Notes: a model not told the origin generated them from the sequence alone. 24,000 bases of DNA from an uncultured Pseudomonas sp. (GCA_966191535.1 CBIGPF010000017.1:27425-51424); one strand, 5' to 3'; counted from the first letter of the stretch, positions 9,133 to 17,187 are shown. Made by a program: numbers and translations.

Positions 9133-10998
9133 ATGCTCAAACGCCTGTTGCCCTGGATGGCGCTGTGCGCCTGTACCCCACTGCTGGCCTCGCCCGCGAT
9201 CGACCCACAACGCCTGCAAGCGCTGGCCGACGAGCCCTACTGGCTGGCCCTGGGTCACTACGAACACGCCAAGCTCGGTGGCTGGCGCAGCTTCGTCGAC
9301 GACCCGAAGTTCTTTCTCGCCAAGGACGGAGAGCGCCATCCGCAATCGGAACTGGCCGCCACCGTGAAGGCCCTCTACGCCCCGGCCAGCCTCGGCGACA
9401 AGCACGCCCAGTGCGTCTATCCGGCGCGCACCCGCTGGCTGCGCCAGCAGTTGCAGCTCGATGACCTGCCGGCGGTCGAGTGCAAGGAATTCACCACCTG
9501 GTACCAGGACATCAACCCGCACAGCGCCGTGCTGGTGTTCCCGGCCGCCTACCTGAACAGCCCGTCCTCGATGTTCGGCCACACCCTGTTGCGCATCGAC
9601 CAGGCCGACGTCGACTCCGACAACACCGCCCTGCTCAGCTACGCGCTCAACTTCGGCGCCTACATCGAGGGCATGGACAACAGCATCCTCTACGCCTGGA
9701 AGGGCCTGATGGGCGGCTACCCCGGCCTGTTCGCCCTGGTGCCCTACCGCGAGAAGCTCTCCGAATACAGCCGCCTGGAGAACCGCGACCTCTGGGAATA
9801 CCGCCTGAACCTGACGCCGGAGGAAACCGCGCGCATGGTCGAGCACGTCTGGGAGCTGAAGCAGATCCGCTTCAAGTACTACTTCTTCGACGAGAACTGC
9901 TCCTTCCGCCTGCTGGAGCTGCTGGAGATCGCCCGTCCCGGCACCGAGCTCACCGACCACTTCCCGCTCACCGCCATTCCCACCGACACGGTACGCGCGG
10001 TGAAGGACGCCGGATTGATCGAGCGGGTGGACTACCGCCCGTCCCGCGAGCGCGAACTGCTGGCCCGCGGCGAACCGCTGAGCCACGACGAGAAGGTGCT
10101 GGCCCGGCGCATCGCCGATGACGACAGCCAGCTGCAGAGCCCCGAATTCGCCACCCTGCCCACCGACCGCCAGGCGCTGGTGCAGGACACCGCCTTCCGC
10201 CTGGTGCGTTATCGCGCGACCGGCCAGGAGCGCGACCAGTCCACCGCCACGCGCAGCTACAACTTGCTCAAGGCGATCAGCCGCAACCCGCCACCGGCCC
10301 TGGACGTGGAACGCCCGGGCCAGCCGGAGAACGGTCACGAGTCCCGTACCTGGCAACTGGGCGCCGGCAGTCGCGACGGCCAGGCCTTCGCCCAGTACGG
10401 CCTGCGCATGGCCTACCATGACCTCGACGACAACGCCTACGGCTTCCCCCTCGGCGCGCAGATCGAGATCGGCCAGCTCAAGGTGCGCCAGTACGAAGGC
10501 AACCGTTGGCAGCTGCAGCAACTGGACCTGGTCACCATCCGTTCGATGACCCCGCGCAACGAGCTGCTCAAGCCGCTGTCCTGGCAAGTCTCCGGTGGCT
10601 GGGAACGGGTGATCGGCAAGCATAGCGACAACGACCACGACACCCTGGTCGGCCACCTCAATGGCGGCGCCGGCGGCAGCTGGAAGCTGACCGACGACCT
10701 GCAGGCCTACGCCCTGGGCACTGCGCGCATCGAGAACAACCCGGACTTCGCCGCCACCATCGCCCCGGCCATGGGCTTCGACACCGGCGTGCTGTGGAGC
10801 AACCCGCTGGGCAACCTCAGCCTGGAGGGCAAGGGCGATTACTTCCACAACGGCGAAGTGCGCCGCACCCTGAGCGTCGGCCAGCAGGTCGAGCTGAGCC
10901 GCAACCTCGGCCTGCGCCTGTCGGCCCAGCGCGAGTTCAGCCATGAGGCCAGCCCACGCAGCGAAGTGATGCTGGAGCTGCGCTGGTACCACTACTGA
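9133..10998 (+). CDS. DUF4105 (Lnb N-terminal-like) protein with probable C-terminal outer-membrane beta-barrel
   Basis: 621 aa with signal peptide MLKRLLPWMALCACTPLLA|SPA. N-terminal half has PYWLALGHY...FGHTLLRI...YFFDENCS motifs typical of DUF4105. C-terminal end has alternating hydrophobic residues and terminates in LELRWYHY (aromatic terminus typical of OMP beta-signals). Confidence 0.75.
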   Translation: MLKRLLPWMALCACTPLLASPAIDPQRLQALADEPYWLALGHYEHAKLGGWRSFVDDPKFFLAKDGERHPQSELAATVKALYAPASLGDKHAQCVYPARTRWLRQQLQLDDLPAVECKEFTTWYQDINPHSAVLVFPAAYLNSPSSMFGHTLLRIDQADVDSDNTALLSYALNFGAYIEGMDNSILYAWKGLMGGYPGLFALVPYREKLSEYSRLENRDLWEYRLNLTPEETARMVEHVWELKQIRFKYYFFDENCSFRLLELLEIARPGTELTDHFPLTAIPTDTVRAVKDAGLIERVDYRPSRERELLARGEPLSHDEKVLARRIADDDSQLQSPEFATLPTDRQALVQDTAFRLVRYRATGQERDQSTATRSYNLLKAISRNPPPALDVERPGQPENGHESRTWQLGAGSRDGQAFAQYGLRMAYHDLDDNAYGFPLGAQIEIGQLKVRQYEGNRWQLQQLDLVTIRSMTPRNELLKPLSWQVSGGWERVIGKHSDNDHDTLVGHLNGGAGGSWKLTDDLQAYALGTARIENNPDFAATIAPAMGFDTGVLWSNPLGNLSLEGKGDYFHNGEVRRTLSVGQQVELSRNLGLRLSAQREFSHEASPRSEVMLELRWYHY

Positions 10999-11046
10999 TC
11001 GCAGAAGGCGTGCCCTGGCCACTGCCATGGCGCGCCTCTGCCGGCA

Positions 11047-12102
11047 TCAGTCCAGGTAGGCCGCCACTTCCTCGGCACTGAGGAAACGCACGAGCTCCAC
11101 CGATGGCTGATGCGCATCATGCAGGCGGTCGGCGAAACCCGACCAGGAGCGCGACACCCCCTCTTCGGTATCCAGCGCGATCAGCACGCAGTGGCCGTGC
11201 TTGCGGCTGTTGCTGCGCAGCGGTGCCTCGCCCCACGCCCAGGCCAGGCTGTTGACCAGCTCGCCCTTCTCGAAGGCGAATACCTGCAGCCACAGGTATT
11301 GCGCGCTGTCATCACGCGGCACGTCGACCGACGCGACTGGCGCCGCAACCTGCAACCCGAGTCGCTCGCCATGGGCAGCCAGCAGCGGTTGCAGCAGGGA
11401 GAACGCATGGAAGTTGCAGTTGATGCCCTGCGCACTCACCACCAGCCCCGTGCGTGTCGTCGGCAGGACCACCACCAGCTCGTCCTCGTAGCTCAACGCC
11501 GCCGCGTGATCGAGGAAATGCAGGTTCTCGAAGGGCAGCGTGGTGTTGGATTTCACCATCGCGTCGATGTCGCGCGCCAGTTCGCCGGCGGCCAGGAAGT
11601 CGCGGTGATTCTCCCGCGAGCGCATCAGCATGGTCATCAGCGGCAGCACCAGCAGATCGACCGCAGCGTGCGCGCTGTCGATCCGAAATGACTGCGCCGG
11701 CGTCAGGCTGTCGAGTTGCGCACGGACCTGCCGGGCAGTGGCCTGTGCGTCCTCGTCGTCCTCCACCTCCTCGTCAGCGCAGTAGGGGCGCAGTAGCGCG
11801 AGCGCTCGCCCCAGCGCCTCGAGCAGCGCAGTGAAGGCAACACGCGGACTGGCGCCGCCTTCCACCCAACTGCCGCAGAACAGCGCCAGCAGCGATGCGC
11901 GGTTGGGATTGAGCTCGGGAAACAGTGCCGCGCACTGGGCGAGCAGCGTTTCTGCAAGGGGCGTCCCCAGGGTGTCGCGATACAGCTCACGGACATCGGA
12001 GCGCTGGACGAAGTCCTGCGCTTCGACCTGATCCTCCGGCGCCTCCACCGGCTGGCACAGGAACTCCACCAGCGACGCCGGCAAACCTGTCGCCAGCGTC
12101 AT
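11047..12102 (-). CDS. Hypothetical protein (351 aa), third gene of the NADAR-SUKH cassette
   Basis: Start MTLATGLPASLVEF... chosen because its ATG (12100-12102) overlaps the upstream stop (12099-12101) as ATGA. The 395-aa ORF-track version adds an Arg-rich extension. No motif recognised. Confidence 0.6.
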   Translation of the reverse strand: MTLATGLPASLVEFLCQPVEAPEDQVEAQDFVQRSDVRELYRDTLGTPLAETLLAQCAALFPELNPNRASLLALFCGSWVEGGASPRVAFTALLEALGRALALLRPYCADEEVEDDEDAQATARQVRAQLDSLTPAQSFRIDSAHAAVDLLVLPLMTMLMRSRENHRDFLAAGELARDIDAMVKSNTTLPFENLHFLDHAAALSYEDELVVVLPTTRTGLVVSAQGINCNFHAFSLLQPLLAAHGERLGLQVAAPVASVDVPRDDSAQYLWLQVFAFEKGELVNSLAWAWGEAPLRSNSRKHGHCVLIALDTEEGVSRSWSGFADRLHDAHQPSVELVRFLSAEEVAAYLD

Positions 12103-13040
12103 GCCACGTCTCCGTCGAGTTGATACTCCGCAACGCCCTGCTCGGCGAACCACTGGATCACCGCCTCGCGCTGCATCACCCGCGCATGCACCGGTCCATT
12201 GCCGCCGCCGGTCAGCAACTGGCCCAGGTCGCAACCCTGGGCGCGCAGTTGCTCCAGCAACTCGATATCACTGCTGCGCACTGCGTGGGTCAGCGCCAGG
12301 CGCTGCAACACTCCCACGCCGGCGATATTTCCCTGCTTCAGCGCCGCACGCCAATCGCGCACCAGCGGTCGCAGCGAATCCTGCAACTGCTGCGCCAGCG
12401 CTTCGCCCTCGGCGCCCGAGGCGGCCAGTTCATCCAGGGCTTCGAGCAACTCCTGCCCGGCGTCCGCGCCCTCGGCAAACGGGTCTTCGTCAAAGCCCAG
12501 CAGTGCGAACAGGCCGTTCAGATCGTCGGCCACCCGGGTCAGTGCGTCCTCGTGCAAGCGCAGCGGCCAGGCCGGCGGCAGCGCGCGACTCCAGGCGTAG
12601 ATGGCGCCGAACTCTTCCGGCTCGACACAGACGTAGACCCGCTCCAGGTACTCGAAACCGCCGATGGGCAGGAAGCCAACGCGGCCGTCCCACTCCTGGC
12701 CGTTCTCCTCGGCGACTTCCGCGGCGCACTCCTGCTCATGTTCCAGCCAGCCCCACAGATCGCGGTAGCCGTCGCTGTCCGGGTAGAACAGCTCGTTGAA
12801 CGAGTACGGATGCAGATGGCCGTCATAGTCAACGCACAGTTCGTAATCCAGGCTGCCACCGAAGGTGCAGCGCCACAGGGCGACCAGTTCCGGCGGCAGC
12901 TTGCTACGCAGGCGCAACTCGACCTCCGCGAGCTGGGCGTCGTTGATCGGTGGCTGTGCATCGTGGATGATGCGCCCGGCGAAGCAGGCCAGGCGATGCT
13001 CACGCAGCAGTTGCTGCTGCGCCGGTGTGAAATCAGGCAT
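12099..13040 (-). CDS. SMI1/KNR4 (SUKH-1) family protein with C-terminal ankyrin-like repeat(s)
   Basis: 313 aa. N-terminal LRSKLPPELVALWRCTFGGSL...FLPIGGFEYLERVYVCV fits the SUKH pattern. The C-terminal segment LALTHAVRSSDIELLEQLRAQGCDLGQLL...PVHARVMQREAVIQWFAEQG is ankyrin-like. AAGGAGG SD lies inside the upstream gene, and there is an 8-nt start/stop overlap. Confidence 0.65.
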   Translation of the reverse strand: MPDFTPAQQQLLREHRLACFAGRIIHDAQPPINDAQLAEVELRLRSKLPPELVALWRCTFGGSLDYELCVDYDGHLHPYSFNELFYPDSDGYRDLWGWLEHEQECAAEVAEENGQEWDGRVGFLPIGGFEYLERVYVCVEPEEFGAIYAWSRALPPAWPLRLHEDALTRVADDLNGLFALLGFDEDPFAEGADAGQELLEALDELAASGAEGEALAQQLQDSLRPLVRDWRAALKQGNIAGVGVLQRLALTHAVRSSDIELLEQLRAQGCDLGQLLTGGGNGPVHARVMQREAVIQWFAEQGVAEYQLDGDVA

Positions 13041-13602
13041 TGCCCCCCTCCTTGCGCAGCACAGCGCGCACGTTCATCAGGGCAACGCCCAGCAGGTTCA
13101 ACCCGCGCCAGCGCGCCGGATTGCCCGCATCGGGATGATCGACCGCCAGGCCGATACCCCAGATCGCATCCACCGGGCTGGCCTCCACCAGCACGCGATC
13201 GCCCGTGCCCAGCAGGAATTCGCGCAAGGCCGGGTTCTGCCCGAACTTGGCGTGATTGGCGCGGCTCACGATGGCCAGGCGTTCGGCATCCCAGGTGGCC
13301 TCGTCGAAACCGCGGATCTCACGGCCGATCGACTTCGCCTCGGCCGGCGAGCGCGCCGCAAGAATCCTCGCCAGCGCCGCCTCGTCACCAAACAGCCGGG
13401 CCTTGCCGGCCATCATGTAGTGCTCGGCGCTGCCGTAGGTCTCGCCGTCGATCTCGAAGTCTGCCTCGAACCACTGGCTGAAGCAGCTCTTGTCGACGTC
13501 CGCGGAGCGCTTGGGGCGATGCCCCCAGAAGTACACGTACTTGAACGCTTCGCCCGCCTCGATGCGTCGGCACAGCTGCTCGACTGTCATCGGTTCTTCC
13601 AT
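13033..13602 (-). CDS. NADAR (YbiA/DUF1768) family protein
   Basis: 189 aa from MEEPMTVEQL... with AAGGAG 6 nt upstream. Blocks align by eye to E. coli YbiA: SAEHYMMAGKARLF vs SEHYFQAQKF, VEASPVDAIWGIG vs VEHTENDAYWGDG, GLNLLGVALMNVR vs GKNRLGYLLMELR. Confidence 0.75.
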   Translation of the reverse strand: MEEPMTVEQLCRRIEAGEAFKYVYFWGHRPKRSADVDKSCFSQWFEADFEIDGETYGSAEHYMMAGKARLFGDEAALARILAARSPAEAKSIGREIRGFDEATWDAERLAIVSRANHAKFGQNPALREFLLGTGDRVLVEASPVDAIWGIGLAVDHPDAGNPARWRGLNLLGVALMNVRAVLRKEGGNA

Positions 13603-13637
13603 GATCGGCTCCTTGCCGCTACCACAAAACGCCGATT

Positions 13638-15254
13638 CTAACGCACCCCGTCGCTGATACCGGCCCAATCCAGGCCGAAGCGCGCCAGGTACTTGCGCAG
13701 GCGGTCGGCGTCGTTGGGGTTCTGCTTCTCCTGGCGCGAGACAGCGAACAGCTGCCGGCCAGCATCAGACAGGTTGCGTGCCTGCCGGCAGACATCGACC
13801 ACCGCTTCCAGCTGCACGCGGTCGAACAGGTCCAGCGCCTCGACGCCCTCTTCCCCCAGCAAGCGATCCAGCAGGCTCGACGTCTGGGTAGCACCCCAGG
13901 AGCGGCGCAGCCGGCCGATCTCCTCCTCCACCAGCACCTCGTCGATCCGTCCACTGTCGGCCAGGGTCGCCATGCGCGTGATGGACGCCGACAGCTCGCG
14001 GAAGTTGCCACTCCACAGCGCCTGCGCCGAGTTGGCGAACGCCAGGTAGCGCGTGCGCGCCTCACGGTTGAAGCGCACCAGCCGCCCTTGCTCGCGAGCG
14101 TGGCGCTCCAGCTCGAAGTCGATGTTCGGCTCGATGTCCTCACGACGCCCAGCCAACCCCGGCAGGTCGAACGTCCAGAGGTTGATGCGGGCGAACAGGT
14201 CCTCGCGGAACAGCCCCTCGGCGACGCGCTCGCGCAGATCGCGATGGGTGCCGGCGATCAGCTGGAAGTCGCTCCCCACCTCGCGGTCCGAGCCCAGCGG
14301 GAAGAAGCGTTTTTCCTCGATGGCCTTGAGTAGCATCGCCTGCTCGTCCAGGCCCAGCTCGCCAATCTCGTCGAGAAACAGCATGCCGCCATCCGCCGCA
14401 CGCAGCAGGCCTTCGCGGGCGTTCTGCGCGCCGGTGAAGGCGCCCTTGATGTGACCGAACAGCGCAGACATGGCGCCGTCGCCGCGCAAGGTCGCGCAGT
14501 TCACCTCGACGAAGCGGCCCTGGAACTGGTGCCGCGCTCGCTTGAGTTCGTAGACGCGGCGGGCCAGGAACGACTTGCCGGCGCCAGTCGGGCCGATCAG
14601 CAGCATCGGCGCGCGGGAGCGCCCGGCGACCCGCTCGATCTGTTCGATGGAGCGGTTGAATTCGGCGTTGCGCGTGGCGATGCCGGACTTGAGGAAGGCC
14701 AGGCTTTCTTCCTGCTCGCGGCGGAAGCGCGTGGCGATACGGTCGTAACGCGACAGATCGAGGTCGATGACCGCGACAGTCCCTTCCGGCTGCCGCGCCT
14801 CGTCCTGGCGCCGCGACGGCGAGGCCTGCACCAGCCGCGCCGGCAGATAGCGCGCCTCGGTGAGGAGGAACCAGCAGATCTGCGCGACGTGGGTCCCGGT
14901 GGTGATGTGCACCAGGTAGTCCTCGTGCTCGGTATCGAAGGCATAACCGCCGACGAAATCATGCAGCGCACCGTAGACCTCCTCGAAGTCCCACGGATTG
15001 CGCAGCGCCATAGGCTGCAGGCGCACCTCGGTCTCCGGCGAGACGAGCCGAACGTCAGCGGCAATGCGCTCGGCCAGCCCGACATCCCGCGCATCCAGCC
15101 CGTGGATCAACTCCAGGCGGTCGACCAGCAAGTCCTGCTGCTGGCACAGGCCGACCGTGGGCCGCCACTTCTGCCAGCGCGCCGCGCCCTTGCCGACGCG
15201 ATCGAGGGTGGAACCGAGGAAGCCGATGGCGACAGTCTTGCGTCCTGCTGGCAT
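13638..15254 (-). CDS. rtcR: Sigma54-dependent transcriptional activator RtcR (N-terminal CARF-like sensor, AAA+ core, C-terminal HTH)
   Basis: 538 aa. Walker A GPTGAGKS, sigma54-contact motif GAFTGA, Walker B LFLDEIGEL. The N-terminus MPAGRKTVAIGFLGSTLD is typical of RtcR rather than a receiver domain. Divergent from an rsr/rtcB/rtcA operon. Confidence 0.92.
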   Translation of the reverse strand: MPAGRKTVAIGFLGSTLDRVGKGAARWQKWRPTVGLCQQQDLLVDRLELIHGLDARDVGLAERIAADVRLVSPETEVRLQPMALRNPWDFEEVYGALHDFVGGYAFDTEHEDYLVHITTGTHVAQICWFLLTEARYLPARLVQASPSRRQDEARQPEGTVAVIDLDLSRYDRIATRFRREQEESLAFLKSGIATRNAEFNRSIEQIERVAGRSRAPMLLIGPTGAGKSFLARRVYELKRARHQFQGRFVEVNCATLRGDGAMSALFGHIKGAFTGAQNAREGLLRAADGGMLFLDEIGELGLDEQAMLLKAIEEKRFFPLGSDREVGSDFQLIAGTHRDLRERVAEGLFREDLFARINLWTFDLPGLAGRREDIEPNIDFELERHAREQGRLVRFNREARTRYLAFANSAQALWSGNFRELSASITRMATLADSGRIDEVLVEEEIGRLRRSWGATQTSSLLDRLLGEEGVEALDLFDRVQLEAVVDVCRQARNLSDAGRQLFAVSRQEKQNPNDADRLRKYLARFGLDWAGISDGVR

Positions 15255-15265
15255 GAAAAACGCCT

Positions 15266-15312
15266 CTATCTATTTGGATAACATCTTATCTTTTCATATC
15301 TATTCATGGATA
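15266..15312. promoter_or_regulatory. Candidate upstream activator sites (two TATCTATT-N-GGATA repeats)
   Basis: CTATCTATTTGGATA (15266-15280) and ATATCTATTCATGGATA (15296-15312). TATCTATT recurs exactly 30 bp apart, and each copy is an imperfect TATC...GATA inverted repeat. The sites lie about 125-170 bp upstream of the predicted sigma54 start. Confidence 0.35.
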
Positions 15313-15369
15313 GAAAAAGCCCTCCTGAATAATCGAATATTTTATTTTTAAATAAATTTAATCCTTAAA

Positions 15370-15382
15370 AATCAAATATTTA
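15370..15382 (+). promoter_or_regulatory. IHF-binding-site match
   Basis: AATCAAATATTTA fits WATCAANNNNTTR exactly. It lies between the upstream repeats and the -24/-12 element, in the most AT-rich stretch of the window. Confidence 0.5.
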
Positions 15383-15411
15383 ATAAAAATTAAAAGCCCC
15401 GAAATCAAAAC

Positions 15412-15427
15412 TGGCACGCTGCCTGCT
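15412..15427 (+). promoter_or_regulatory. Sigma54 (-24/-12) promoter of the rsr-rtcB-rtcA operon
   Basis: TGGCACGCTGCCTGCT has GG at 15413-15414 and GC at 15425-15426 with canonical spacing (consensus TGGCAC-N5-TTGCW). It is about 40 nt upstream of the rsr ATG and adjacent to the divergent sigma54 activator gene. Confidence 0.8.
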
Positions 15428-15468
15428 CTATCTCTGGCACCACCAACGAAACAGAGCGAGACGGCAAG

Positions 15469-17019
15469 ATGGCCAACACCCGACTGTTCAACACCCTCGA
15501 TGCCCGCCTGCCGGCCATCGACGCCTGCAACCAGAACGGAGCGGGCGCCTATGCCTACGGCGCACGTCATCAACTGGCGCAGCTGGCAGTCACCGGTTGC
15601 CTGAACCAGACCTACTACACCGATGCCCAGGATCAGCTGGATCGTGTGCTGGCCCTGGCCGGTGAGTTGGATGCCGCCTTCGTGACCCGTACCGCGATCT
15701 ACGCCCGTCAGCAGGGCCACATGAAAGACATGCCGGCATTGCTGGTAGCGGCGCTGGCCGCGCAACGCTCGTCTCTGCTGCCGGTCGCCTTCGCCAAGGT
15801 GATCGACAACGGCAAGATGCTGCGCACCTTCGTGCAGATCCTGCGCAGCGGCGCAACAGGCCGTAAGTCGCTGGGTTCGCAACCCAAGCGGCTGGTGCAG
15901 GACTGGCTGAACACCGCCAGCGAGCGCCACCTGCTGCAGGCCGCCGTAGGTAACCAGCCGTCGCTGGCGGACCTGGTGAAGATGGTCCACCCCAAGCCGA
16001 ACTCGGCCTGGCGTGAAGCCTTCTTTGCCTGGCTGCTCGGCAAGCCGGCAGCCGCCGACGCCCTGCCGCCGCTGACGCGGGACCTGCTGGCCTTCCGCAG
16101 CGGCGCCAGCGATGCCCTGCCGGATGTGCCGCACCTGCTGCTGGGCGACCGTCAGTTGTCTGCACAGCAATGGGCTGAGCTGGGTCGTCGCATGGGCTGG
16201 CACGCGTTGCGGATGAACCTGAACACCCTGGCACGCCACGGTGCCCTGTCCTTGCCGGGCGTGGCGGATGAGCTGGCAGGCCGGCTAGCCGATGCGCAGG
16301 CAGTGGCAAAGGCGCGGGTCTACCCGTACCAGTTGCTGGCGGCCTATCGCATGGCCGGCGCGGACGTGCCGCAGGTCATCCGTAACGCCTTGCAGGACGC
16401 CCTGGAGCATTCGCTGCAGAACGTCCCGGCGCTGAAAGGTTCGGTGGTTGTGTGCCCGGACGTGTCCGGCTCCATGGGCAGCCCGGTGACGGGTTACCGC
16501 CAGGGAGCGACGACCGCGGTGCGCTGCATCGACGTCGCGGCCCTGGTAGCAGCGGCGATCCTACGCCAGCAGCCACTGGCACGGGTAATGCCGTTCGAGC
16601 GCGACGTGGTGAACGTGCAGCTCAACCCGCGTGACAGCGTGATGAGCAACGCCGAAAAACTGGCTGCCATCGGCGGCGGCGGCACCAACTGCTCCGCGCC
16701 GCTGGCACGGCTGGCTGACGAGCGCGCCAAGGTGGATACGCTGATCCTGGTTTCGGACAACGAATCCTGGATCGATGGAAAGCGCCACGGCGCCACACAG
16801 ACGCTGCACCAGTGGGAGCGCATCAAACGCGTCAACCCGCAGGCCCGGATGATCTGCATCGACATCCAGCCTTACGGCACGACGCAGGCGAAGGATCGCC
16901 AAGACATCCTCAACGTCGGTGGTTTTGGCGATGCGGTGTTCGATGTGATGGCGCAGTTCGCCGACGGTCGTTACGACGCCCGGCACTGGGTACAGTTGAT
17001 TGAGTCGATGGAGATCTGA
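15469..17019 (+). CDS. rsr: Ro60-related protein Rsr (TROVE domain + vWA/MIDAS domain)
   Basis: 516 aa. The N-terminal two-thirds is helical-repeat (TROVE-like: YAYGARHQLAQLAVTGCLNQTYY...MVHPKP). The C-terminal vWA domain has the MIDAS motif VCPDVSGSMGS and later LILVSDNES. The context (rtcR, Y-RNA-like RNAs, rtcB, rtcA) matches the Salmonella rsr locus. Confidence 0.88.
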   Translation: MANTRLFNTLDARLPAIDACNQNGAGAYAYGARHQLAQLAVTGCLNQTYYTDAQDQLDRVLALAGELDAAFVTRTAIYARQQGHMKDMPALLVAALAAQRSSLLPVAFAKVIDNGKMLRTFVQILRSGATGRKSLGSQPKRLVQDWLNTASERHLLQAAVGNQPSLADLVKMVHPKPNSAWREAFFAWLLGKPAAADALPPLTRDLLAFRSGASDALPDVPHLLLGDRQLSAQQWAELGRRMGWHALRMNLNTLARHGALSLPGVADELAGRLADAQAVAKARVYPYQLLAAYRMAGADVPQVIRNALQDALEHSLQNVPALKGSVVVCPDVSGSMGSPVTGYRQGATTAVRCIDVAALVAAAILRQQPLARVMPFERDVVNVQLNPRDSVMSNAEKLAAIGGGGTNCSAPLARLADERAKVDTLILVSDNESWIDGKRHGATQTLHQWERIKRVNPQARMICIDIQPYGTTQAKDRQDILNVGGFGDAVFDVMAQFADGRYDARHWVQLIESMEI

Positions 17020-17024
17020 GAAGT

Positions 17025-17052
17025 CGTGCTCCGCCAATGAGGGCGGAGCACG
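17025..17052 (+). other. Perfect 11-bp hairpin immediately after the rsr stop (no U-tract)
   Basis: CGTGCTCCGCC (17025-17035), loop AATGAG, GGCGGAGCACG (17042-17052). It starts 6 nt after the TGA. It is followed by CAACGAAUUG, so it is not a canonical terminator. Confidence 0.7.
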
Positions 17053-17064
17053 CAACGAATTGAA

Positions 17065-17187
17065 TTTCGCGGCGTCATGAATGCCGTCGGGACTACAACG
17101 GACAAGTCCAGGCCGGCACTGCCGGCACGAGCCTTCCGCATCACGCTTGCGTGAAGTCCCGGCGACCCTTGTCATGACGAAGCGAGG
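17065..17187 (+). ncRNA. Y-RNA-like module 0 (YrlB-like: Y-type stem/loop/stem, no tRNA-like elements)
   Basis: S1 GUCAUGA (17074-17080) pairs with UCAUGAC (17172-17178) and is extended by UUUCGC:GCGAGG after a 2x2 loop. Internal loop AUGCC / GACCCUUG. S2 GUCGGGACU (17086-17094) pairs with AGUCCCGGC (17155-17163). The interior has hairpins GCCGGC-ACU-GCCGGC (17112-17126) and UCACGC-UU-GCGUGA (17141-17154). Confidence 0.6.

Noticed and set aside
8989-11028. 679-aa minus-strand ORF antisense to the DUF4105 gene. Similar long antisense ORFs: 17688-19097 (-), 5629-7233 (+), 1599-2675 (-), 21905-23122 (-), 11925-13481 (+), 7276-8466 (+), 3835-4794 (+), 239-979 (+), 15358-16239 (-), 14451-15281 (+).
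   Set aside because: These are typical high-GC antisense open frames. Their products are Ala/Gly/Arg/Val/Gln-rich and low in complexity with no motifs. In each case the opposite strand encodes a protein with clear family signatures.
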